Shown here piece after piece: positions 1 to 8,881 of a DNA stretch of 64,000 bases. The position numbers and the translations under genes were made by a program. This stretch comes from Verrucomicrobia bacterium SCGC AAA164-E04 (GTDB lineage: Bacteria; Verrucomicrobiota; Verrucomicrobiia; Limisphaerales; AAA164-E04). The stretch's first letter is position 1; each line of letters starts with the position of its first letter. The notes beneath the pieces are model-generated. The model worked only from the letters and a program-made list of their open reading frames with translations. It had not been told where the DNA came from and ran no database searches. Location: positions 14,801 through 78,800 of the forward strand of contig KB912045.1 in assembly GCA_000383715.1 (NCBI GenBank), read 5' to 3'.

Positions 1-1
1 C

Positions 2-346
2 AAGGTGATTATGGCGCCAACTATTCGTGAAAAAGACGGATTGGCCATGAGTTCTCGAAACGCTTACCTGAGCAAGGAAGAGCGCAGGCAAGCTCCCATT
101 CTCATTCAAACCCTTACAGAGGCTAAAGAGATAGTCCGTTCATCACCTGATCAATCCATTCAAACAACGAAAATTCAATCCATGTTGAAAGCTAGAATCC
201 GAACAAAAAAACTGGCCAAGCTGGACTATATCGCTTTTTTTGATCCTGATACGCTGCAATCTCTCGATAAAGTTCGCAAAGGGTCTCACATGGCCCTAGC
301 CGTTTATTTTGGGAAAACTCGACTGATCGATAATATCAGACTCTGA
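2..346 (+). CDS. panC: pantoate--beta-alanine ligase (pantothenate synthetase), C-terminal fragment; 5' end outside the window
   Basis: The frame is open from the window edge. The 113 aa carry the PanC signature [15 protein letters not shown] followed by a typical C-terminal subdomain. Confidence 0.85.
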   Translation, partial: KVIMAPTIREKDGLAMSSRNAYLSKEERRQAPILIQTLTEAKEIVRSSPDQSIQTTKIQSMLKARIRTKKLAKLDYIAFFDPDTLQSLDKVRKGSHMALAVYFGKTRLIDNIRL

Positions 347-350
347 AGAA

Positions 351-1991
351 ATGCCAGACATGGACAACAAAACACCTATTCGCTCCTTTGATTTTATCGT
401 TCTTGGGAGCGGTATTGCTGGTTTGACATTTGCTCTCAAAGCAGCCGAACACGGCAGCGTCGCCATCATCACTAAAAAAACCAAAGCTGAATCCAATACG
501 AATTATGCTCAAGGTGGTATAGCAGCTGTCACCAGTCAGGAAGACAGTTTTGAAACACACAATAACGACACCCGTGAAGCAGGCGCAGGTCTTTGCAAAG
601 ATGAAGTGGTACGAACCATTGTCTCAGAGGGTCCAGATCGGATTGACGAGCTCATTCAACTGGGCATGCGATTCAGTGAGCGGGAGATACCTGATTCAGG
701 TGGAGTAAAGGAATTGGATCTGGGGAAAGAAGGCGGACACTCCAAGCGTCGGATTCTTCATTGCAAGGATATCACTGGACGGGCGATCGAGCACGCTTTA
801 TTGAATGCCATTGCTTCCAATGATCAAATTACAGTTTTTGAAAACCACTTTGCCATTGATCTGATTACTTCAAAAAAACTGGGGGTCAGTGGAGCTAATC
901 GATGCTTGGGAGCATTTGTCCTGAACTGTGAGTCGCATGCAATAGAAACTTACGGCGCACCAGTAGTCCTACTCGCGACAGGGGGGTGCGGCAAAGTTTA
1001 CCTTTACACGACAAATCCAGACATTGCCACAGGAGATGGGGTAGCGATGGCATATCGAGCCGGAGTGCCTACAGCAAACATGGAATTCGTTCAATTTCAC
1101 CCAACATGCCTTTATCACTCGAAAGCCAAAACGTTTCTCATCAGTGAGGCGCTTCGTGGTGAGGGAGGAATTCTCAAAAGCATCGAGGGAGAGGCATTCA
1201 TGGAAAAGCAACACGAAATGGCATCCCTTGCTCCAAGAGATATTGTGGCCAGAGCCATTGATTCCAATATGAAGCGCAGCGGAGCAGATAATGTCTTTCT
1301 CGATATCACCCATAAATCAGCACCCTTTATCATGAATCGATTTCCAAACATTTATTCCACATGCATGAAATATGGGATAGATATCACCAAGGAACCGATC
1401 CCTGTAGTACCGGCAGCTCATTACCAATGCGGCGGTGTGGTGACTAATTTGAATGGAGAAACGAACATTACAGGGCTGTTCGCTGCAGGTGAGGTTGCCT
1501 GCACGGGGCTCCATGGTGCAAATAGACTCGCCAGTAATTCCCTGCTGGAGGCTTTAGTCATCTCGCATCGAGCTATCGATCGCATCCAGACCTTGAAACG
1601 AGAAGGCAAGTTAACCCACAGCAAACATGAACTTCCCAAGTGGAAAAGCGGAGACGCACAGGACCCAGACGAACGGGTGGTAATTGCTCACAACTGGGAT
1701 GAAATAAGGCGCATGATGTGGGATTACGTCGGCATTGTACGTACCAATAAACGATTGTTAAGAGCCAGGAAGCGGATTGCCAATCTGAGGGAGGAAATTC
1801 ACGAATTTTATTGGAATTTCAAACTGACTCCAGATCTTCTGGAACTAAGAAATCTTGCATTGGTTGCCTCGCTTATTATCGAATCGGCTTTGAAACGTCA
1901 TGAAAGTCGAGGGCTGCATTATAATTTGGATTACCCTGCGCCAGACCCTTGTTGGCAGCAGAAAGATACACTAATGGTCCCTGAAGAGTGA
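351..1991 (+). CDS. nadB: L-aspartate oxidase
   Basis: 546 aa. FAD fold [13 protein letters not shown], then [36 protein letters not shown] and C-terminal RHESRGLHY, which is the NadB/fumarate-reductase flavoprotein pattern. Starts 4 nt after panC. Confidence 0.95.
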   Translation: MPDMDNKTPIRSFDFIVLGSGIAGLTFALKAAEHGSVAIITKKTKAESNTNYAQGGIAAVTSQEDSFETHNNDTREAGAGLCKDEVVRTIVSEGPDRIDELIQLGMRFSEREIPDSGGVKELDLGKEGGHSKRRILHCKDITGRAIEHALLNAIASNDQITVFENHFAIDLITSKKLGVSGANRCLGAFVLNCESHAIETYGAPVVLLATGGCGKVYLYTTNPDIATGDGVAMAYRAGVPTANMEFVQFHPTCLYHSKAKTFLISEALRGEGGILKSIEGEAFMEKQHEMASLAPRDIVARAIDSNMKRSGADNVFLDITHKSAPFIMNRFPNIYSTCMKYGIDITKEPIPVVPAAHYQCGGVVTNLNGETNITGLFAAGEVACTGLHGANRLASNSLLEALVISHRAIDRIQTLKREGKLTHSKHELPKWKSGDAQDPDERVVIAHNWDEIRRMMWDYVGIVRTNKRLLRARKRIANLREEIHEFYWNFKLTPDLLELRNLALVASLIIESALKRHESRGLHYNLDYPAPDPCWQQKDTLMVPEE

Positions 1992-2020
1992 CCCAGTCTA
2001 TTGCTCCCCGGTCCCTCAAT

Positions 2021-3607
2021 TTATGCGAATGCAGCTTTCGTTTCTTGTGTTCTGATGATGACGGTTCCTGCCACCAAATCATGCCATGATTGACGTTCCT
2101 CATTCCATCCCACCCAAAGAAACCCCAATCCCAGCGGAATACCTGAAAACAAACTGGACAACGAGCGAATCACCACCGTCCCCCACAAAGGAGCTTCTCC
2201 CCTCAAGGTTACCAGTCTGAGTTTCATGATGGTTCCGCCAACAGTGGTCCCTTTCCACCCCCAGAGGGCGATATGATAGATCATCCACATCAAAATAAAA
2301 TAACGAAAACCTCCCTGTCCATCAATGAGGCCAAGAATCTTTAAACCGACAAAAACTAGCACAAAATCCAAAGCTGTGGCTGCAATGCGCGCCCAGAACC
2401 CTGCTCTTTCATAATGGCCTGCATGTGCCTGTTCTGAGTTGTAAGAAGGCGGGTTAGTTCCGGTTGATTCTTTTTTTTCTCGATGTGGAGTCTCCTTGGA
2501 TGAAGTTCCATTACCGCCATCATCTGCTTCATTGTCTTGGGGCTCGTCCTGGGCTTTCGATGCAACTTCAGAATGGGAAATAGCCGCTCCAGCATCAGAT
2601 GGCTGCACCACCAGGGGCTTGCCTGAGATGGGAGCAGGAAAATCAACTTCAGCCCGGAACATCTGGATACCTGCCAAAAGAATAGCGCCAAATGCCAGAG
2701 GGATGACAACCCCAAGAGCCAGTCCTCCAAGAAATGGTACAAGATAAAACAAGAACATGATCAAACTACCGATCAGGAAAGCTGCGATTGAAGTGTTCCC
2801 CCAGTTCGCACCTGCTCTGTGTCCGATTCGTTTACCAAGGGACGTGTAGACAGCAACTTTACCGACAATGATAGCAGCTGAAATGGCACAAATGAAGAAA
2901 GGTACTAATAAAATACCCACGCCCGTTGCCGTGACCAATATCAGTAATGGGCCTAACAAGATCAAGCCGAGCAAACCTACGAAAAATGTGGTGATAGGTT
3001 TCGGTTCAAGGACTTTGACCGATTGATCTACGGCATTGCCAAGGAGAATCAACGTTAAGAAGTTAACGAGCAACAGCAGTCCAGCCAGCACCATGGTCCA
3101 CGTAACGGCGATAGCAAAGGGTCTCATCAAGATGAAGCAGTGCGTCATCCAAAGCTTGATGCCTGACAGAAAGGAGAACAAACCGGGAAGAGGAAACTGG
3201 AATAGATCTTCATTAAAAGTACCACGTGAATCGATTACGAAAGGTCCTCCAATGAGAACTCCCTTATGCTCGACCAAGGCATCCGCGCCGGCAATAAGTT
3301 TGCCACCAACCAGGATCAGGTCACCACCTATTTCACCGTTTAATGTAACGCTTCCACCGACAACAATAAGATCACGTTCAATCCTTCCATCGACCTGTAT
3401 ATCTCCACCAATGACAACCGCATTTCTAATTACTTCATCGCTTGAAACCACTTCAGAGCGATTGAAAACTATCAACTCGTCATTTGAGCGCCGTAACGTT
3501 GAATTACCACTCTCTTGAGCTTGTAATTCGGTGGGTGGAAACCACATACCCGCCATGAGAAAAAGCATATTAAATGCAATCAGCTTTTGACTAAGAAAAT
3601 TTTTCAT
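2021..3607 (-). CDS. polytopic membrane protein with N-terminal bactofilin-like (polymer-forming) repeats and a C-terminal RDD domain
   Basis: 528 aa. Signal-like N-terminus, then repeats VIGGDIQVDGRIERDLIVVGGSVTLNGEIGGDLILVGGKL, then a multi-TM core and an acidic/Ser-rich linker. The C-terminal part (ERAGFWARIAATALDFVLV ... WHDLVAGTVIIR) is typical of RDD family proteins. ATGA overlap with the upstream gene at 3604-3607. Confidence 0.6.
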   Translation of the reverse strand: MKNFLSQKLIAFNMLFLMAGMWFPPTELQAQESGNSTLRRSNDELIVFNRSEVVSSDEVIRNAVVIGGDIQVDGRIERDLIVVGGSVTLNGEIGGDLILVGGKLIAGADALVEHKGVLIGGPFVIDSRGTFNEDLFQFPLPGLFSFLSGIKLWMTHCFILMRPFAIAVTWTMVLAGLLLLVNFLTLILLGNAVDQSVKVLEPKPITTFFVGLLGLILLGPLLILVTATGVGILLVPFFICAISAAIIVGKVAVYTSLGKRIGHRAGANWGNTSIAAFLIGSLIMFLFYLVPFLGGLALGVVIPLAFGAILLAGIQMFRAEVDFPAPISGKPLVVQPSDAGAAISHSEVASKAQDEPQDNEADDGGNGTSSKETPHREKKESTGTNPPSYNSEQAHAGHYERAGFWARIAATALDFVLVFVGLKILGLIDGQGGFRYFILMWMIYHIALWGWKGTTVGGTIMKLRLVTLRGEAPLWGTVVIRSLSSLFSGIPLGLGFLWVGWNEERQSWHDLVAGTVIIRTQETKAAFA

Positions 3608-4068
3608 ATTGCTGGCATTCGTAATCTTCGGACTGTGAAATGAAATAATGTCGAACCAATGACAGCTGTGACCAGGTAGGCAATTCCCAGAGATACACCT
3701 AGTGCAGACCAGATGACACTTGGAACAAGCTGTATCAACGTTGTGCTGACCTGCTCGAGACTTATGAGGAGTTGCTGAATCAAATCAAACGTCATTCCAG
3801 GGCGCGTGCTTGACCACCAATTTTGCGCCGCCTCTGTGTTCCAGAAAAATCCGACCGCCATTAACAACAAGGAACTGAGCACAACTAAAAACCGCACCCA
3901 GCTTATTACCGCAGAGGGTTTTTCGGGGGTAATATCAGTGACTTCAGGACCGTTTGCCCTATCCATTACTCTATCCAAAAACCCCTCCGGAATCTTTGTT
4001 GATGAAATTTTTTTCAGGTTGAGATCTGCCCAATTTTCCAGCAACCCAAAATCCTTTTTATTTCTCAT
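3604..4068 (-). CDS. putative membrane-anchored anti-sigma factor (hypothetical)
   Basis: I prefer ATG 4068 (MRNKKDFGLLENW...) over the track start 4143 because it forms an ATGA overlap with the sigma-factor stop (4065-4068). Has at least 2 TM segments. Its position directly after an ECF sigma gene is the only functional evidence; no ZAS (HxxxCxxC) motif. Confidence 0.45.
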   Translation of the reverse strand: MRNKKDFGLLENWADLNLKKISSTKIPEGFLDRVMDRANGPEVTDITPEKPSAVISWVRFLVVLSSLLLMAVGFFWNTEAAQNWWSSTRPGMTFDLIQQLLISLEQVSTTLIQLVPSVIWSALGVSLGIAYLVTAVIGSTLFHFTVRRLRMPAI

Positions 4069-4694
4069 GAAGCAGCTCCTTGTTGTGGGTACAATCGACG
4101 GGGGAAATAGTTCGTCTCTTGAGATTGTCTTTGCCTGGACCATTCTTGTTGAGCAGCTTGATGCAACGATATCTTCTTCTTCAGCGCATGTCTTGCGCGA
4201 TGAATATCAGTCTTGACCTTGCCGATTGAAATCTTCAGGGATTCTGCAATTTCTTCATAACTTAATCCATCGAAATGAAATAACACCAATGGGATCCTTT
4301 GATGATCAGGTAAAGCATTGAGAAGCTCTTCAAGCAAAGATCGTTCATCGGATCTTTCTGCTTCGGTTTTATCTGGCGAAGGACTTGGAATGGAATCTAC
4401 CGGATCCCATCCTGTATTCTCAGTCTCCGATTTGCGCCAATCCGAGAAAAAACGCCACTTTGAGCGGTAGCGGGTGATATGATTTAAACACAAATTCCTC
4501 GTCACTGTTTTCAACCATCCTCGAACGGCTGGTTCGTCACGTAGGGATTCGAAGTGCTTGTAAGCTCTCAGAAAGGTTTCCTGCGCGATATCCTGTGCTT
4601 CCGTGCGATTAGCCAGTATTCGAACAGCGCAATTGAACACCATGTCCTGATGCTCGATGACGAAAGATTCAAATCTTTGATCTGTTTGTTCCAT
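4065..4694 (-). CDS. ECF-type RNA polymerase sigma-70 family factor
   Basis: Region 2 reads DIAQETFLRAYKHFESLRDEPAVRGWLKTVTRNLCLNHITRYR. Region 4 HTH reads LPDHQRIPLVLFHFDGLSYEEIAESLKISIGKVKTDIHRARHALKK. Confidence 0.9.
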   Translation of the reverse strand: MEQTDQRFESFVIEHQDMVFNCAVRILANRTEAQDIAQETFLRAYKHFESLRDEPAVRGWLKTVTRNLCLNHITRYRSKWRFFSDWRKSETENTGWDPVDSIPSPSPDKTEAERSDERSLLEELLNALPDHQRIPLVLFHFDGLSYEEIAESLKISIGKVKTDIHRARHALKKKISLHQAAQQEWSRQRQSQETNYFPRRLYPQQGAAS

Positions 4695-5048
4695 ACTTTT
4701 AACCGCCCCTTTTTCACATAATCTTGTCTATCTATTCATAACCATTGATCCAAGGAAGAAGTTTCAAAAATCTGAATCTTTTTTAAAAAGAGTTTCAATC
4801 AAGCGCCTCGAGAGCTTCCTTTTAGGTTTGATCATGTCTCATTGAAGTGGATACGCTTGGGAACCACCTACTCTTCAAATCATTCGCTGGACGCAAGTAA
4901 GTGACGAAGTGACAAACGATAGCGCCAAATCATTGCGGAATTCACCTTCCATTTTGTTCGAAGCAATCATAAATGATTCATTACGTGCCACCAAATCTCG
5001 TCTTTCGCCAGATACTAGCAAAAAAGCCGTGTATGGACACACTCTCCC

Positions 5049-6443
5049 TCAAAACTCCAATGTCTCAAGCCGCTCGGGTACGCTCACCTGAGCTCCTGGC
5101 AATAGTTCTCTCAAGGTTTTGGAAAAGGCAAGCGACTGCTTCTCCTCACCATGAACCACAGTGACTCGGGCGAGGCGTCCGGTTAGATTCCGAACATACT
5201 GGGACAATTCAGCCCGGTCTGCATGACCTGAAAAGGCGTCCACTCTAGCTATTCTGGCTCTTACTTCAATCGGTTCACCGAAGATATTTACAGGACTATC
5301 GTTATTCATGATTTTCGATCCCAATGTATTTTGAGCGCAATACCCAACGAATAGCACTGTGTTACGCGGATTACCGATGTTGTTTTTCAGATGATGCCTG
5401 ATTCGCCCTGCCTCACACATACCGGATGAACTGATGATAATGGCAGGCGTCGTGAGGTCATTGAGCTTTCTCGAATGTTCCGCCATGCGGATGTAGGTAA
5501 GGTTTTCCATCCCGAAAGGGTTGGCTTTTTCATGTAGAAATTGATAGATGCCTTCATTGAAACACTCAGGATGGAGCCGGAAAACCTCAGTGGCATTCAC
5601 ACTCAAAGGGCTATCTACATAAATGGGCACTTTGGGGATAACGCCCTCATCAGTCAATTGGTGCAGGGTGTATACGATCAACTGGGTTCTTCCCACTGAA
5701 AAAGCAGGTATGATCACTTTACCGTTTTTTTTGAGCGTTTCATTGACTAAATTCCCCACTTCCTCCTTCGCAAGCATTTTATCTGTATGATCCCGACCGC
5801 CGTAGGTACTTTCGATCTGGAGGAAATCCACATTCTCAACGGGTTGCGGGTCACGAAGGATCTCATGTCCGCCTCGACCTATATCACCGCTGAACAGGTA
5901 ACGGAATTGCTTTCCATTCTCCTCCACATCGAACACTATTTGAGCCGACCCCAGGATGTGTCCCGCATCGACAAAAGTGGCTTTTACCCCTTTGGATATG
6001 ACGATCGGTCGATCATAATTGACAGCCACAAATTGAGAGACCGCTTGCTCTGCATCCTTAGTCCCATAAAGTGGCTGAACGGCATCAAGTCCTTTTTTGG
6101 AGCGTTTTCTAGATACATACTCTGCATCATATCGTTGAATATGGGCTGAGTCGGCCAACATGATTGCTGCCAGATCACGCGTTGCAAAAGTGCAGTAGAT
6201 ATTCCCCTGAAAACCTTGCCTGCAAAGATTAGGAAGATTTCCGCAATGATCAATGTGAGCATGGCTTAGCACGACAGCACCAATTTCGGATGGATCAAAG
6301 GGGAAATGCCGGTTGCGTTCCAGAGTCTCGTCGCGCCTTCCCTGATAAAGGCCGCATTCCATGAGGATTTTCTCACCATTGACCTGAAACAGATACATTG
6401 AACCTGTGGTAGTGCGAGTAGCCCCAATAAATTGAACGTGCAT
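5049..6443 (-). CDS. MBL-fold metallo-hydrolase, beta-CASP RNA-metabolising family
   Basis: 464 aa. HxHxDH motif (VLSHAHIDHCGNLP). Length and downstream beta-CASP-like blocks (PAFSVGRTQ, SGMCEAGRIRHHL, FSGHAD). Confidence 0.8.
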   Translation of the reverse strand: MHVQFIGATRTTTGSMYLFQVNGEKILMECGLYQGRRDETLERNRHFPFDPSEIGAVVLSHAHIDHCGNLPNLCRQGFQGNIYCTFATRDLAAIMLADSAHIQRYDAEYVSRKRSKKGLDAVQPLYGTKDAEQAVSQFVAVNYDRPIVISKGVKATFVDAGHILGSAQIVFDVEENGKQFRYLFSGDIGRGGHEILRDPQPVENVDFLQIESTYGGRDHTDKMLAKEEVGNLVNETLKKNGKVIIPAFSVGRTQLIVYTLHQLTDEGVIPKVPIYVDSPLSVNATEVFRLHPECFNEGIYQFLHEKANPFGMENLTYIRMAEHSRKLNDLTTPAIIISSSGMCEAGRIRHHLKNNIGNPRNTVLFVGYCAQNTLGSKIMNNDSPVNIFGEPIEVRARIARVDAFSGHADRAELSQYVRNLTGRLARVTVVHGEEKQSLAFSKTLRELLPGAQVSVPERLETLEF

Positions 6444-6540
6444 GTTGAAATCATGCCGTCACACCAATACCGGCTGCAAGGAAAAGAAATACTCGAAGAT
6501 TAGCGGAAATTAATTATCTTGTGAAAACCTCATCACGGGC

Positions 6541-7398
6541 ATGCAGCTTAAAACCGAAAAAAATAAGGACAGGATTTACCGTCATTGGATACCGTTGAAA
6601 GCTCAGAGTCCAATTATAGATCCTCTGATTCATTACCGGTTAACTTCAATTATTGTGAGGTGGGTCCTTGTCATGCTGGCATTGGCTGTGACTCAAATCT
6701 GGGCTTTCGACTCTTCTCACGCATTGTGGAATAAAACATTAAAACGACATGTCAAAGATGGGTTGGTAGATTACAAGGGACTCAAGCGAAACAGTATCGA
6801 TCTAGAGATCTACCTGAAATCTATTTCTCAATCCCCTCGTTCGGAATTTGATCTTTGGAGCAGCGATGAGCAATTGGCCTTTCTAATCAATCTATACAAC
6901 GCAGCTACGATTCAGTTAATTGTGGATGCATATCCCGTGAAGAGCATCAAGGATATTGGCTTTTTACCACATGCTGCATGGAGGCAAAAAAGGATTCATT
7001 TATGGGAAGAAAAAATTTCACTCAATCATTTAGAACATGACATTATCCTTCCCAGAGCCAGGCATCTTCCAGCGGTACATTTTGCGCTTGTATGCGCAGC
7101 CAAAGGATGCCCTCAACTTCGATCTGAAGCCTACACCGGTTCATTGCTAAAGACACAACTTGAACATCAAGGGCAGGTATTCCTGAGGAACACATCAAAG
7201 AATCGTATTTCAAAGCTGGAGCAAATATTATACCTGTCTCCAATCTTTGATTGGTATGCAGAGGACTTCGAACGTGTTTCAGGATCAGTGAAGAACTATC
7301 TCACAAAGCATGCTGCCCATATTTTTCAAACAAATCTGAGCAGGTATAAGATCCATTACACTCGCTACGATTGGTCTCTCAATGTATCTGAGGAATAG
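6541..7398 (+). CDS. DUF547 domain protein
   Basis: LAFLINLYNAATIQLIVDAYPVKSIKDI, HFALVCAAKGCPQLRSEAY and SPIFDWYAEDF match the DUF547 pattern. The true start may be the internal GTG near 6655, which would give a signal peptide (RWVLVMLALAVTQIWA). Confidence 0.75.
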   Translation: MQLKTEKNKDRIYRHWIPLKAQSPIIDPLIHYRLTSIIVRWVLVMLALAVTQIWAFDSSHALWNKTLKRHVKDGLVDYKGLKRNSIDLEIYLKSISQSPRSEFDLWSSDEQLAFLINLYNAATIQLIVDAYPVKSIKDIGFLPHAAWRQKRIHLWEEKISLNHLEHDIILPRARHLPAVHFALVCAAKGCPQLRSEAYTGSLLKTQLEHQGQVFLRNTSKNRISKLEQILYLSPIFDWYAEDFERVSGSVKNYLTKHAAHIFQTNLSRYKIHYTRYDWSLNVSEE

Positions 7399-7418
7399 GT
7401 TCCCGGAAGTTTCGTTTT

Positions 7419-8790
7419 TCAAAGATAAGGAGTCGCAAGGCACATGCATCCGTCTCGCAGTTTTATCGGTATGGATCGGCGATTCAAAGACTCCAAGGTC
7501 ACCTCCTTGGAGCGCTCCATTTTTTCAGGCAGAATTTTTTTTCAGTTTTTCAACTGTCTCTGGGTGGCAGCATTCCAGATTGAACTCAAAATTCAAACGT
7601 AGACTGCGTGGATCCCAATTGGCAGATCCCACCAATGCCCATCCACCAGCATAAGCTTACCGTGATCAAAGGGTGCCGGAGTTGCCCACACTCGGCACCC
7701 TTTGATCAATACCTGCCAAAGCATGGCTTGAGTCGCCCATTGAACGAACGGAAGGTTATTTTTTTTCTGGCAGCAAGATATCTACTTGTACTCCCCGCAT
7801 GGATGCCAAGCAAAGCGCTGATATCAAAGTTGCGTCCGGAAGAAAATAGGGACTCATGATGATGAGTGATTTTCTGGCAACGTGACAAGCACTGAGTATT
7901 ACCCAAAGCAGTTTATTCAAATTCTCATCGGGACCGTGTGAAATGCCGCGAGCAAAAGCCTCTGCTTGATGCTCAATGGAAGGAAACCATTTTTTCCGGC
8001 AAAGTTTCTCACCATGACTGAAAAACCAGTCATCGTTAAATACTTCCTGAAAATGAGCTACGACGGGATCTTCAAAGGAGAAATGAAAGTCCTGAACGCG
8101 ATGCTTTGATTTACCATTGATAAAATGCCCCTGACGTATGTTCATCCCGCCCGTAAACCCAACGCGACCGTTCACTATCAATAATTTCCTGTGATTGTGC
8201 AGATTGAGCGTGAGAGGTCTTTTTGATCGCACTGAATGGAAGAAAGCGAGCGCAAGGAATCTGTGATGCTTTGAGCGCTTTGAAAATGGAGGGCCACGAG
8301 TAGCGTGAACCCGTGGAATCAACCAGCACCCTTACTTCTACTCCACGGTTAATGGCTCTTTTGAATGCATCCACAAATTCCAACCCGACTGGACAATGAT
8401 CGAAAATGTAACTGGCAAAGCCAAGCGTTTCAGTAGCTGCATCAATGGCTTGAATCATGGCAGGGTAAGCTTGTTCACCATTTACCAGCACCTGCATGTC
8501 ATTCCCCGGGAGTAGAGGCCTGTCAGTAATATCTCTCACCGCATGAAAATGCGGGTGCCATTGTTCAAATGGACTCCCAAAGCAAGCACTTGAATGATGA
8601 AGATCCCCCTGCCCAGCCATCGGTTCAGAAGTCACGTGTTCCATGTTACCACGTAACAACGGAGCCCTTCTTTTTACTCGATTGATTCCAAATAAGGCAT
8701 AGAGAATGGAACCTGCGATGGGTAAAATTCAGATGAAAGCAAGCCAAAGACAATCCCCATGGTCTGCCATTTACTGAAAACGTATGGTTC
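7419..8790 (-). pseudogene. cardiolipin synthase / phospholipase-D (HKD) family gene, disrupted by multiple frameshifts and an in-frame stop
   Basis: Cls-like sequence is spread over at least 4 reading frames. It includes PIAGSILYALFGINRVKRRA, VDSTGSRY, HKD1 NLHNHRKLLIVNGRVGFTGGMNI, HKD2 FDHGKLMLVDG / WALVGSANWDPRSLRLNFEFNLE, and a C-terminus ending RDGCMCLATPYL*. Lesions are listed in the findings. The 5' boundary is uncertain and could reach about 8870. Confidence 0.8.
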
Positions 8791-8881
8791 CAGCACTCCC
8801 ATCCTTACTGAATTAGTCCGTTGCAACCAAGTTTCAACCCTGAATACTCATTCAGGCAGGTTCATTCGTGGCCTTGGCGTA

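Noticed and set aside
4695-5048. ECF-type promoter (GGAAC-N16-CGT) upstream of the sigma gene; two TTGAAACT motifs on the minus strand
   Set aside because: I could not find a -10 CGT-type element at the right spacing. The repeated TTGAAACT may be coincidental in an AT-rich spacer.
7419-8870. TGA read as a sense codon (alternative genetic code), or programmed frameshifting, to explain the broken cls and sulfatase genes
   Set aside because: TGA clearly terminates many intact genes in the window (for example nadB and the ATGA-coupled genes). The lesions are of several kinds (insertions, deletion, nonsense) and occur several times per gene. That fits decay, not recoding.
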